A DNA stretch of 64,000 nucleotides from Lepidodermella squamata (GCA_047495785.1 JBLDXI010000017.1:3658001-3722000); one strand, 5' to 3'. Shown: positions 37,205 through 50,577, counted from the stretch's first letter. A program made the numbers and translations. Notes: a model not told the origin generated them from the letters alone.

Positions 37205-40188
37205 ATGCCGAAGAAGAAATTGAATAATTGTCAGAGAAATGTCTGCGATAGCTCTCATTCATTTGTTGGAGAGTTGAAGCTGATGGTTAAGAGGCTAATA
37301 GGAAAGCTTGATAAAGAACCATTGTCGTCATCAGAACAGGTATGTTACATCCTAGTATTTTCCACCAGCAGTACATTCAAGTCTTTCAGGACAAGTTCGT
37401 AATCGCTTTCAAAGACACTTTCGCATTAATCACGTCAAAAAATGATTTCAACGAGCTGATGGAGATCTATCATGTCGCGTCTCGCTTCATACCTGCGCTT
37501 CATAAACATGCGGGAACCTTGCTTGCAAGACTTGGATTATATGAGGAAGCCATGGCATGTTTTCGTTGCGGCGTGGAAAGCCTGCCAGATGACCTGTCAG
37601 CTGTTTACCAACTGGAGAATTCATGTTGTGCCTTGGTTGAACGCTGGCATTTTTCGATGTTGAACGACCTTCGACGTAACGCGAATTTCCGCGAGGCAAT
37701 ATTCTCCGCTGTCGCACTGGGCCATAAAAGCATTCTGGATATTGGGACAGGTAATTTTTCGATTTTATAAAAAGAAATTCTTAAGGAGTTTAAAAGTAAC
37801 GAAAACTGAGTTTATTCAGTCTGTTGGGAGGCATAATTACTCACGCATCCTGTTCGCTTTAGAGCAAAATTGTAAAAAGAAGAATCAATTCTGCTATTTT
37901 CTCTCCGTATTCGTGGTTAATATTTTATTTATTGATTAGGCACTGGTTTACTGGCTTGTTACTGTTGCTTAGCCAACAGTGAAAAACCGGTTTTTGCTTG
38001 TGACGACTCGACGACGATGTGCGCTATAGCCTCGGCGGTGTTTTCTCGCAATAATTTGTCTTCCAGTGAGATGAAACTGATAAAACTTCGCTCGACTGAT
38101 TTGGTTATACCCCGAGATCTGCCAAAGCGGTATGTCCCGTAATTTTAGTTAGTTCAATTAGTGCACACATTTTTTTCCGTTAGTGTCTCGTTGGTTGTCA
38201 CTGAAATATTTGATGCTGCACTTTTCGGTGAAGGGGTGTTGAAAACCTTGCAACACGCCTGGCGAGAACTTCTTCTGCCGCCAAAAATGTCTTCGTCTGC
38301 CCCTGATTCCACAGAAGCAGATTCACACGGCTTGGTTATTCCTGCTCGTGCGTCTGTCTACGCTTGCGCTATAGAATGCAAGAGCATCCGCGTCGAAAAT
38401 AGACCTCTAAGTGGTTACAGGCATTTATCCTCATCGGGCAATCAGGTCACTGCCGTCTGCCGTACCAATTTTAGTGATGTAAGATAGTTTTAGACATACG
38501 ATTCATCAGTGCATTGATTTTGTTTTCACAGGAATTAGAAATTGCTGCCGATGGTTCTGTAGATCAGTCTGATTGCAGCAATCTGGATGACGCGCTATAC
38601 GAAACCTACACCACCGAGCGATTGGTCTCATTGCGTGATGGTTATTGTCAGCTTTCTGAAGAAACAACGTTGATTAACGTCAACTTTAACGACCCGACTC
38701 AGATCGATAACCTAATTGCTGGAAGCTTTCAGTCAACCTTCGAACTGGTCATCACCAAGGCGGGAACCTTGGACGCCATCGCCGTTTACTTTGACTTGGA
38801 CCTGAGCGATGATAAAATCAAACGTGCGATCGGCAACAGGCCGAATCCGGTCATTGCAAGTTGTTGGGAACAGGCTATTTTCCCGGTTACCTTCTTCGAT
38901 AATACGCCTGATCACCCTTTATTTGTTGTCAAACCCGGTGATATTTTGAAGCTGCAAGTGCGGCTAGAAGATGAAGGCAGTCGGCTTCATCTCCGCTGCA
39001 CAGAGATAGTCAGGAAACAGCCACTCGCTCTTGAAAACGTCGTCCAAGTTGCACGACCTCTGTCAGTTGCCGCAAATCGCTCGACTATTCGATATCTCAA
39101 CGACACGGAGTACAACTTTTCCATGTGTCGTCTTCTCGAATATTCGTACCGTGTCGAAAACAGTCGCTCTTTGTTGATTCTCTCGTCAGTGCCTAATTTT
39201 CTAGGCCTTCAGGCGGCGATGATAGGTTTTAAACGCATTGTTCAGTTGGTGCCACATTCAAGTGACGCCAATATGCTGTCGGAAATCGCATTTAAGCTGC
39301 AAGAATCTGCGGCTTCTAGTGAAAACTCATTTGTTGTACCTCACTTTCTTGTCGGGCCGGTCGAACAACTTATCGAAGATTCAAGTCAAGGCTTCGATCT
39401 AATGATCTCAGAATTAGTCGAACCGTGCGGGGTACTTCGACAGCAATCAGTAGAAGAGCTTCAGCTAGCCAAGTTGATGCTGACAAATTCTCAGTCTTTG
39501 ACTAGCCCTGCACGGCTCCGAATCTATGGCATGTTCATCGAATCAGACGAGTTGTTTGAGCAATCGACTGTAGTCAAAGGAAGTAACGACGGCGTAAGTT
39601 TTAAATTCACGCAAAATTTGCAAAATGTCAAGCTTTTTTTTCTTACAGAATGAATGCATACCGTCGTGCAGATGTGTTCGGACTTGTCAAGTTCACGTCG
39701 CTGATTTCATCAACTTGTATCGAGTTCGCACGCAAATTAATGTGGATCTTCACGCCTTGAAGCATCGACCTCTTACAGAAAAATTCATAGTCTTCGATAT
39801 TGATTTGAACGAACAGAAAGTCGAGGGCGACGGTTCGGTGAAATTGCAGCCATCGTGGCTGAAGAGTGTAATCGAGCGGCAAATACCTGTGACAGCTACG
39901 GGCCGTCTTGCAGCTCTGGTTTTCTGGTTCGAAATTGACCTTGTTGATTTCAGCACTGCCAAGAAGTTTGCCGACTTCGACAATCAGGCTAGCAATAGCA
40001 TCAACATCGACTCTCAAGTTTTCACTGTCAACACCGGACGACCGTCGTCTCACTTCCGCCAAGCCGCTGTTTTGGTCGCCCAAGAACGGCCCGTTTCGGT
40101 GATTACCGGCTATCAACTGCGAACCCGATTCGTCTTTCACAATTCATGCTTGACGTTTAGCTTTTTCGATAACGAGCGCACCACTTAG
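37205..40188 (+). CDS. PRMT9: Protein arginine N-methyltransferase 9 (TPR + two MTase domains)
   Basis: TPR GTLLARLGLYEEAMACF; LVERWHFSMLND..RN; ILDIGTGTG; VSLVVTEIFDAALFGEG; CWEQAIFP; second domain ELVEPCG..FWFEI..HFRQAA. Confidence 0.93.
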
Positions 40189-40492
40189 AGCTACGTGATT
40201 TACGCAATAGATGTTGCTACTTTTATTGAAGATTGCTACCACCCTGCCTATATTTTTTCTTCGTCTTTTCTTATCCACTCAGTTGTACAAACAATCTCAC
40301 ACAAAGTTCAAAATTGTAATTTTTGCCTCGCGACCTATTTTATCTGAAAATACACGAATAGAAATATCTTTATTTAATTGATGATTAAATATTCGGGTGA
40401 TGTGACGTTTAACAACTCTTATTCGGTTTTTGTTTTGTATTTAGAACTCGCAAACGGTTGCATAATTTATTTTTCTTGGTTTTGTTTGAGCC

Positions 40493-43400
40493 ATGTCTTC
40501 ATGGTTTGCGGGATCAAACTGGTCGCAGCTGAAAGATCAGCTGACCAATGTGACAAAAGATTTGCTGACGGAAAGCACCCAAGAAACTGACGGTTCGTTA
40601 CTCTTACAGATGAAAATTCTCGTAATGCTTGGGAGTGGGATCAATTTTTTTGTCAACTTCAGCAGTATTGAGCTCAGCAATTGAGTTTTTTTGAATTTGG
40701 TTCTAGACCCTGAAACTGAATTGGCTGTCACTCGATCGCGTTTACAGACTATAGAGGCACAAAATGCGGCTTTGCATGCCGAGTTGGAGCAGATTTCTAC
40801 CCGTTTTCAGGCGACTGAGTTGCAGGCAGCCGAAGATGCAGAGCTGCTGAAACAGCGTGAAGTAGGTTTCGCAGATTTATGGTTTTCAAATGTTAATGCG
40901 CGGTTGACAGGACGAGTTGAGGCGGTTGACTGCGCAGCTGCAAGCGACCATTGCCGAGAAAGAGAGTCTGGAGAAGCAGCATCAGAAGAGCGGGAAAAAA
41001 TCCGCATCGGGTAAGTCGTCACGAGCGAGATGTCACCGCGGGGTTGCTGCGCATATTTAATAGGTTTATTGCTACCTCTAGCGAGAAAGGCGACGACGGT
41101 TGCCATAAAATAATTATAGCGCGAACGTGCGCCCATAAACGAGTCGAACCCGCTAATAAATGGGGTCGCTCACCTCGCGTTACCGCCTCTCGTAATAAAC
41201 ATTATTTATCATCAGGGCTCACTTTATTATTAGTGTTTTCGCGCTCGCGCGCAAGTGCGTGACGTGTTTTTGACGGCGCTCGGAATCTGTAATTACGATC
41301 AGCAGCAGTAGCCCATAAATATCGTTATGATTATGGTGGCAGTGTCGTAAAGAAATAAAAAAGAAGGCAGCTGCCGTCTGTCAGCCGTGCTTGGTAATAA
41401 AACTGGCGACCGTTTGCCTGCCCGGGCAATGTAGCCATTAGCCCGAAGCGCGCGCTTGCTCGCCTATATAAGGCGTTCATTTTCGACACGTGCGCCATTT
41501 TTCCGCGCCACGTGTTATTTTTCGGCTCGCCAGCTGCCGAGTCGACTGTTCATTAGTGTTATTTTCTGTTCTTCCACGATGATCATTAAGATGGAGTTTA
41601 TATTTTACTGCCCGAATTTTTCCAGCCGCAGCGACCAGTTTCGGCGACGACCTGGTCGACGACACTGCACCGTTTCACCGCGGCGACGATGCGCTCGAAC
41701 AGGCGCGCGCCGAGGCCGAATACTGGCGAATGATAGCGGCGTCGAAGGAGTCGAGCGGCAGTGGAGGCGGCGGCAATAGCGACGAGTTGGCACTTCAGTT
41801 GAAGGTTAGTCAAAAGCTTATTTCCGAACACCTGCCTTCCGCCGCGAGTGTTTGTTGATAAACAACAAGCCAGCCGAAAGGTATCAACTCGCTTTCCGAA
41901 GTCAAACAACATCTGTCGTTTTTGGCTGCGGAAAATCGAAGTCGGAACCTGGTGTTGGTTCAGACTTGCTATGCCGGCGTCGACGAAAGCAATAATTGCT
42001 GTTGTTGTTGTTGTTTTCGTCGTCGTCGTCGTAGGGCGAACTTGCTGGCTAGCACACCACCTGCCCCACTCGCTTTTTCAATTAGGCCGGTTTTGTTTAA
42101 CCATAATAATACGGCGATTCATTTCTGCTGCGTGTCATCTTTAAAGCACTACGTCCGATAGTTGTAGTATAATGCAATAACAATAATTCGTCGTCCTTGT
42201 GTTTGTATTTGCTCAAATTGTGCCTGTGTGTGTGTGAAGATGGGCGATGGCCGCCTCTCGAGGCTGACACCATTAGCACCGCGCGCGCGGGCGCTGCTAT
42301 CGTTTTGAGCCGTGTTTGGAGACGGCGCGCGGGGAAAGATTGATTTTTGACTATGTTCGGCGCGCGGAAAATGAGCAAAATTCGCTGACAGCGCTGACAG
42401 CGTTTTCGTTGCTGACTTTACTCAACAAATTGATCCTCGTAGTGTAGTATGCGCATGTCATTGGGTAAACACAAATGGAGTATGACGAGGGCCGGCGACA
42501 GGCGATAGGGCGGCTGCGGCAAACGAGCAGGTAGAGGCGCTGCTGCAAGTGAAAATGCGCTCTTCCTGTCGCGCTGTTGTTGTGTGCAGGCTCAGTTTCC
42601 GTATTCACGCTCGCTTGACGATTCGTTTTCGACGGCGACGACGACAACTGTGACATGTGTTTTCTTTCGCTGACTCTTGATTACATACACGCGAATGCGT
42701 GACGCGTCGCATCTCCCAGCCATCTGTCAGCGAGCGCGCTTTTTCTCGGAATTATTTTTCTCGCACTCGCCGCATTCTTAGCAACGTGCGACGGCGTGGC
42801 TCAACCAATTTATTCTTCTCACTTTCATCTTTTTCCTCGTAGCTGCCCTAATATACCACGATCTGCTTTCCGTTTTTATCTCTCTCTGTTTTCTACTTCT
42901 ACGTAGGAATGCGAACGGCAGCTCGAGGAACAACGTGTACGGCACGAGCTCGAAATCGTTGCGATTCGCGAGCTGTACGAGCGGCGCTTGGCCGAGTCGT
43001 CATCAACACTCGCCGCCGACGACGAAGTAAATGGCGAATCGAAGCCGGCCTCGGTCGAAACTCAAGGTTAGTGACGTTTTCGTTTTTGAAGATTGCATGC
43101 GAACCGCTGTCCCTGGCGGCGGCGGCAGCGGCAGCAGCGCATCGAGTGTTTACTTGTTTTGGTCACGAGATCGAAATTTATCTCGCTATAATTGTCGAAT
43201 TCCGCGTCGACCTGCGCCGTCGCGATAGTTCTAGCTCATACGACGCTGCTCGGTAGTAGTAGTTGTTGTTGTTGATGCCGCACAGCGCGAAATCCAGGGC
43301 TTTCGGGACTAGCTATAAGCCAGCAGCGATCGGTGGCTAATTTTATTATTTTGCGGGCGCTGCTTTTCGATTCGGCGATTTGCAATTTGCGAAATTGTTT

Positions 43401-46400
43401 TATGGCGCCGAGCAGATGGGCTTTCAGCGTTCAGCCCCGCCCGGCCAAGTGACGACAATTATTGCGCTTGTTATTGCGCCGGTGCCTATCATCTAATTAC
43501 GAAAGCTAGCCCGCCTCGATGGTCTCTCATCTCGCTTTCGTCCTCGTCGCTTATCAATTCGTTATTGTTTTTCCCCAAGTATATATTCACGCGCATGCGC
43601 TGCGATGATTGCCCCATAACGATAATAGCAAAACGATATTAGCGACCGATCGGCCAGGCAGGCAGACACACAGGTTCTCTCTCGGCGGCGGCGCCGGCTC
43701 GACCGCCTCTCGAGATCGAGGCTATGACGCGGCTAATGCGCGCTCATCCATTTTATTTATTTCTCGCGTGCACCGAAGCCTAGCCATCCATCATCTTGGA
43801 AGGTCCAATTAATAGTAGTTAACAGCAGCGCGCGCAGAGTTCGTCGCCAATTTTCAGGCGGCAGCGACTGGCAGTCAGTCAGTTAGGCTGGCAGGTATAT
43901 TGGCGGCCTTATCGGCGCTCATTACCGCGCGCCACCTGCCATAAATTAGGCGCGATAGCCGGTTTGTTTTCGACGCCCCCGCGCCATGCAACCGCCACCT
44001 CCGTGGTCGTCGTTCACCGGCTTCCGTCGGGCCTCTTTGACTTTTTCCCACTAATTGCACCAGCTTATCGCCGCGCCGCTGATACCGTACCACGCCGACG
44101 CTAATAAAGCTAGAGCTCAATCTGCGTTTTTCACGTATACCTGCCATATACATAAGTATCGGTACCACAACAAATAGCTACGTTAGTTAGGCCACTAATA
44201 ATAGCTTGTTTTGCCGGCTCGAGTGCCGATCCCAGGCGCGTGGTACCAACCGCTTTGCGTGTCGATGTAGCTTTTCGTCAATAAAAACACCTTATGGCCA
44301 GATAAACGTGATGCATCTGTTGACGCTAGTGTAGAGGCCAAGTGCGCGGTCGATTTCTTCGCCGTCGTCGTCGTCGCCGTCTCGTAGTGCCCCGGCCCTG
44401 ACGCGTGGCCTGTGACGACAGCCACGGTCCAGTGCCGCGCGCGCTCGTATTTGCTAGCTCTGGTTCTGCCGTGGGAGAGCGCGTTCTCACACCAAGGCGT
44501 GTTTTTGCACCGCTTCGACAGCTGGCTGGCGGCGATGGATGATGCACTCGGCTTGAAACGTTCGCAGGGTGGCGCGCGGCTAGCTTCAGCAGCAGCAGCT
44601 GCAGTTGCAGCGATTAGCATTGCAAATTCGGCCGTGTTGTAGTGTAGAGGTACCATGACGCTCGCGTTATTTCGTGACTGATGTTTTTGTTGCTGCTGCT
44701 TCTGCTGCTGCTGCTGATGATGATGATGGTTGATGATGATGATTGATGACGGTGCACGCACGCGCCGCATCAACGCGTCGTTCGACTTCAGGTGCGCTGT
44801 CAGATTTATTAGAGGCTCGCATCGAGTCGCCGCCGCCGCGCCGCCGCTTTAATTGCAGGCCAGCGCGCGATTAGAACTTTGACACTTGTTGTTCCAACAT
44901 TTCGCAGTTTTTAAACCCGGCTTGAAGCTTAATTTCTGCTCTTTTTTCCTCCTTCTAAAGATTTCTATCAACAAACTGATGATGAAGTATCAACACAACA
45001 CCGGCCGCCCGTCGAAGTCGTCGTTTCGACCGACGACAAGTCGACGCATACCGATGTGGCTAGCCGGGTCGAAACTGGTTCGATCACCACGGAAACTGCG
45101 TCGAGTGATGCCGAACTTGCGTCGAGACGGAGCGAAGTGGTCAGCCAGCTTAAACTAGCTATTGCGGCTGCTCTCGATGCCAGCGATTTGGAAAGTCTTG
45201 CGGCAAGTGTTCACCGCTCCGCCGAGGTTCTGGCGGCCGATGGACACCAACTCGACGACGGCGCATCGCAGCCGTTGCGGCAACTAGCGCAAACAGGTCA
45301 GTGATTCTCTTATGATGCATGTGATTTGTGGCGGCGGGCGAGATTTGCGGCTTGCCGTCGCTTATCTCTCGCGAATTAGCGTTGCGATAATTGCTCGACG
45401 CGCGATCGATTGCCTCGTCGGGCATGCTTCCGGCAACAGCGCGACTTCCTGCGTGCTCGCGATGCGTAATTATTTTTTGCAGTGTCAGAGGTGTCATCAA
45501 AAAGTTTATCCGCGAATCGCCTCGTGGCACTAGCCGCTTGACTTGCTTCTCGCGACGCCGCTTCCGCGTTCTCCTTTGTTTATCTGTGTTGACTCGCTAA
45601 TTGTTGTTGTGTTGTTTTCATACTCGTCTTCACAGGAGCTGTCTGGCGCTTACTCGGCTCCAATCGCGCCGATTCTTCCACCTCAACTGGCGCAGATTTC
45701 GATGCGACATCGCAACACGCCGACACCCAGACCATCGCCACTGTCACCGCTCACGCTCATGCCCAGTGCGATGATCACTTCGTCCCTAGCGTCGAACAAG
45801 CCGAACGCACCGTGCCCGATACCAGCAATTCTCACTGTCAAACCGAACACCAGCAACATCCGAAAGTTGAAATCGCCGAGTCATGTTGTCAAACCGATGA
45901 CGTGGTTGATGAATCAGCTGCTGCGCTAGTGAAACTCGAGACTGAAACGGCGACGCTCAAGGCCGAGCGGGACCATTTCTCCAATGCCGCCCATCAACAG
46001 CATAACGAGGCCGTTCGGCTTTTCGGCGAAGTTGAGCGTTGGCGTGGCGAAGTCGATCGGCTCCGTTCTCACCTCGTGCAAATGGAGAACGAGTACACGG
46101 CTGCGGCAGTCGCCTCGGAGCAGCGTGAAAAGGAACTTCGCGACAAGCTGGCCGCCTCAAGCGAATCTGGACCAGCCCTTGACAATGCTATGCGCGAGCG
46201 CAACTCTCTGAGCGAAAAGCTGAAATCGGCCGAGTCCGAAAATAAAAGGCTTTCAAAGCAAATATCGGCGTTGCAAACTGCCCTTGATCAACTACAATCA
46301 ACTGCGGAGAGCCAATTTTCGATCGAGCGCGATCGAATGGTGAAAGAAGTTGCTCAGTTGAAGCGAGACTTGGAGGTGGCCAGAAGTCGAGTTGCCGAGT

Positions 46401-48378
46401 CTGCCACCACGGTCGAACAAATTCGCCGGTTAACTGAACAAATCGCGTCAAATGAAACCGACATTTCTCGGCTGAAATCAGAACGTGAGTAGTTTTTATT
46501 TTAAGCTGACTTACTTGGTTTTGGAATTTGTTTGATTTTGTAACTCTATTGTCTATCCGCTGCTTCTTTTTGCATGAAACCCATCACCACCTCATCCTCC
46601 CTTGCATGTTTTCTTTTTGGCCCAACAGCACACCACTTCTTTAAACTGTGAACACTCACATTTAATCACTGTGTTGGTTGGCGTAATATCAGCAGGTTGC
46701 TTGGGTTTGATGAGCCCGTCTTGCATGCGACCCGGGCCGCCTCCTGATATTGCCCGAACTTCGAACACTTGCATGCGGCGCCTTCCCTGCCCGTGCTACG
46801 CAATGTTGCTTGCTCGTCCTTAGTCGTCCTTCAACTAGTAGTTGTTTAGTCGATGTTGTAAACTGAAAAAATATTAAACAAACTTTCCTCACAATCGGCT
46901 AGAAAAAACGCGCGCGTGCGGCATGAGCTTCCCTCTCTCTAATCGCCTCTATTTTTTGTCTTGCTTTTCTATGTTTTTTCTTGTCTTTTTCTATCATTTT
47001 CCGCTAATTAATTTACTACGCATTTACATATGGTCTGGTCTGGTCGTGTCGGTGTCGTCTCGTGGCGGCAGCAGCTTTACTGCGACAGCGATTTGTTGTC
47101 TCGTCCGCAAATGCCTGTGTTTCATTCGTAAAAAATAATGCCCACTTAAGTGCCTTTGAGAATGCCACACGCCGTTGCTTACAAGTGTTGGATGTTTTCC
47201 GCATTTCTACATCATTTCTATTTGAAGTTGTTGTCTTTTAACTGTATCGTGGCGTGGTTTGCCGGGTCCTTCCCTATAAACCTGATTGAACTTGTTGTGC
47301 ATGGCTGGGGCTGTCCCATTTTCCGCCTTTATGAGGCTTTCATGATCGGAAATCGTGTTATACTGATCACCCCTCGGAGGTTGGGTCTACCGAATACGTA
47401 CGTACCCGCTTGGGTGGAGAAGATCGAGTTGCAGCCCTCCTAATCTCAGCTGGTAGTGTTGGGCGCTCTGTTAAGGAGGTTCGCTGGGACACATCCAAAG
47501 CCCAGCTCACCAGTTCGAGATTTGGCGGCCGACCCGACGCGGCGACACAACCAGGCCATATATCGCTACAAAATTCATCTTTCTTCTTGAAAATCTTCCT
47601 TAAAATCTTAGTGGCCTTATTAATCCTGCATTTTATTTATACTAATTCATACAGAGTATTGCTTTTTTATTTGCTTCTGGCTCGTGCAATGTCAGCCGAT
47701 GTGCGCCTGGCTGAGTATTACATCAGGTGCTGGTTGAAACTTTATGTACGAGAAATCAGTGCCTAGTTGTGATGCTCGGCCAGCTCCGGTGACTTGATTC
47801 GTCCCAGTTGGTATTATATTATTTTTATTTTTCATATAATTTCCGTAGTCAATTTTTCAAACAATTTCTCTAAATTGCTGTATTTTTTGTTTAATCAAGT
47901 TGAGCGGGTCAATCTCGAACGGCTCAATGCTACGTCGATGGTCAGCGAATTGAAGGCGACCCTCAGCGACTCAATCGAGCGCCGCATTGTCAAAGGCCTC
48001 GTAGCAGCGTGTGTGCAAGCTCCACCTGGTCAACGCCAACTCGAGGCGTTACAACTCGTCGCAAAAATCGTCGGAGTCAGCGAGGCTGATTTGAAACAAG
48101 CAGCGGCTACCGCATCTCGCTCGTCTGCGTCGCCATCGTCCGGACTTGGCGAAATGTTTGTCAAATTTCTGGAGGCCGAGTCGGCGGAGGCTGCCGGCGG
48201 TCTTCGGCTATCTCTCGCCCCGGTATCCGGGGGGACCCCATCTGCATCGCAACAAGGCACCCCTGCGCCGTCACCCTCTTCACTATTCAGCCGATGGCCT
48301 TTCTCCGGTCAAACGCCCACGACCTCGACGCCCAGCTCAACTCGCCAGTCTTTTTCCGAGCCGAACCCTGGGAAATAA
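40493..48378 (+). CDS. TRIP11: Golgin GMAP-210/TRIP11 (short, roughly 780-800 aa over 8 exons)
   Basis: N-terminus MSSWFAG..LKDQLTNVTKDLLTE; coiled-coil exons at about 40708, 40911, 41626, 42907, 44961 and 45637; GRAB IERRIVKGLV..EALQLVAKIVG; GA1 motif EMFVKFLEAES. Confidence 0.85.
46677..46759 (+). ncRNA. mir-216b: pre-miRNA, miR-216b/miR-283 family
   Basis: 5p arm TAATATCAGCAGGTTGCTTGGGT (46684) pairs with ACCCGGGCCGCCTCCTGATATTGC; seed AAUAUC. Confidence 0.8.
47434..47529 (+). ncRNA. mir-216a: pre-miRNA, miR-216a/miR-304 family
   Basis: 5p arm TAATCTCAGCTGGTAGTGTTGGG (47441) pairs with CCCAGCTCACCAGTTCGAGATT; loop of about 35 nt. Confidence 0.85.
47707..47783 (+). ncRNA. mir-12: pre-miRNA miR-12
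   Basis: TGAGTATTACATCAGGTGCTGGT (47712-47734) is one mismatch from canonical miR-12 and forms 16+11 bp stems with AATCAGTGCCT..TGTGATGCTCGGCCAG. Confidence 0.93.
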
Positions 48379-50545
48379 CCACACACAAAAAACTTGGAGA
48401 TAATCTATCTAATTTAATGTATTATTGACGAAATAACTATTGTTATTGAAAAACTGGTGGTTCGTCGAATTCTTTCTGCGTTCCGCCATTCATCTCTGCA
48501 ATATTCCTGTAATACCACGCTTTTTTATTGTTAACATCGGGAGTAAAAGGCTCTGACAATAAAGTAATAATTTTGGTAATTTACTGGCTCTTTTTGTCCT
48601 TCAATGAGGTTTTATTTGTTTTGAAATACTGGAGACTGGTTCCAAAGGGAGTAGCCGGTGCTAGCTTTTAAGACGGCGTGAGAGAGGATCGCGAAGTCGC
48701 TGTCAAAATTTAGTGGGCGTGATAGATTTTGCATTGCGCAATGGTGTCACATGCAGAAGTGTCAGACTTTTTTAGTTCAGAAAGCAGTTGTTGACATCTC
48801 TCTATTTTGGTGTGAAGTGGCCAGTATTTTGCTAATTTAGTTATACGATGATCTCGTTTCAGCTTTTCTGCGCTTGTGCGCTACAGGAATGCGGAGCGCT
48901 CACGAGTTGAACGGGTGTGTGTGTGGGTTGCGTTGATGTTCATCAGGTGATGCCGGTGATGGCGCGGTGAATAATTTGCATTTTCCAGTCGCCGGTTTTA
49001 TGGGGCTGTGCGTTTAGCAATTGTAATCGTTTATAAATTACACAGAACTTTCAGCCTCGTCGCGCAGGTTAAACCCGTGTAGGGCGCGCTGTGTTCGCTA
49101 TCTGTGGCTTCGCAAAAGCACTTCGCAACGAAGCTATTATCACATGCCTTTCAGCATAAACTCTCGCCTTTTTGCTGTTTGTGCCAAAAAAGAGGCGACT
49201 TAACGTCGTCATCAACAACACACGTCTCAGTTCCAGGCCATCCCAGAATTTCAAGTCGCGTGCTTCTTTCAGCACCACACGCGAATTTCTATCCACAAAA
49301 ACTCTTGCTCATTATTTTCTGCCCTAGTCATGCAACCGTTAAAACCAACTTGGTGGTTTGTTCAACGGTTTTTAAGGAATGTAACCTTAATTCCTTTGGT
49401 GCTGAAAAAAACGTCTGGCATACCTTGAGTAATCCGTTCCGGCCTGCTGTTGCCAGCAAAACCAGCTGATAATCTGGTGTGATCTTTAAACGTGGACAAG
49501 CTATTTCCTTGTTGACTTATTTCTGTTAAGACTTAAGACAGCAAGTGTTTACGCTGAACGCAGCACCTTTACTGGCGAGTTGATACGCTTTCCGTGTCTA
49601 ACTCTTTACGGCCGTGTTTGTTTTTTCTTTAAAATTTCCGCGCACGCAACACTCCCTCACCTCTCAGGCTTTTACGCATTTACGGCGAATTTGTTTGTTG
49701 GAAGTAGGGAAAACGGCCAATGTCACGCTAGTTGGCAGCCGCAACCCGAAACTGTCTATGCTCGCGCTCGAGACGTTCACAAGCGGTGACACGCGTTCTG
49801 CTCGAAATTGCGCTCAATCGGCCCGTAATCATGTTGTCAAGCCGATGTTTGTTTACATCGAGGATCTTCCTCATTGTTCTGGTGTTTGCCCAACCCTTGG
49901 CTGAATGTTTATCGTACTTTGCCTGCTACCGCATCTTGCCGCCTTTGTGGACGTTGTTCTTCATTACCCGGTCCGTCTCTTCCTCCCATTCTTCATCGTG
50001 TCTCCCGTGCTTTCTCTAAAAATCTGCCCGTAGGTCTGCTACGTTTTATTCCAAGTAAAACCGTTTTCTCGGAATAAAACTGGCTCATCTCTCCTTGCAT
50101 TCCTAGTTTGATCCCGGCGGGCACAGCTCGTGGCTTTTTTCTGCAATTTCTCAAGACCGAAATCGGCGATCTTGAATCACCGACTGATGCGCATGAAACG
50201 GTCTGACCGCATGGTGTTTCCTCGCTATACCATAAATAAGGCATGAGGTGATGGTTATACTCGCATGATAATTGTTGGGCGTTATTATAAGCTCGCGCCA
50301 ATTGCATATGCTTTTGTGCTGTTTTCGCGGTTATTCTAGTATCATAGCTACTGCGGATCATCATGCAGAGTCGGCTGCTATACACCTGCCCGAGGCGCAG
50401 TCGAGTCGGTATTTATCGCGTTAATACTTAACATTGTCGGATGGTAAATAGTGTTTTTGAAAGCTGGAAAGCGCCCTATTCTAGCTGCAATCAGTGCACA
50501 TGATCAATACAAGAGTCGCATTATTCCGACTAGGCTTTGTCCGTC

Positions 50546-50577
<32 letters not shown>
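50546..50577. repeat. (TAT)n microsatellite
   Basis: About 10 TAT/ATT units. Confidence 0.8.

Noticed and set aside
41337-41377. miR-34/miR-22 seed-like strings (tggcagtg, agctgcc)
   Set aside because: Only the seeds match, and the stem is too short for a pre-miRNA.
44195-44773. 192-aa poly-H/Q/A ORF antisense in a TRIP11 intron, considered as a nested transcription factor
   Set aside because: It is built from triplet microsatellites, has no recognisable domain and starts at a non-ATG codon.
47363-47428. Possible fourth miRNA hairpin (TACTGATC.., superficially miR-217-like)
   Set aside because: Pairing is weak and broken, and the seed does not match miR-217 (UACUGCAU).
47243-47570. TGTA...TACA-bounded 328-bp GC-rich block resembling a solo LTR
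   Set aside because: There is no target-site duplication, and it contains the miR-216a hairpin, which explains much of the structure.
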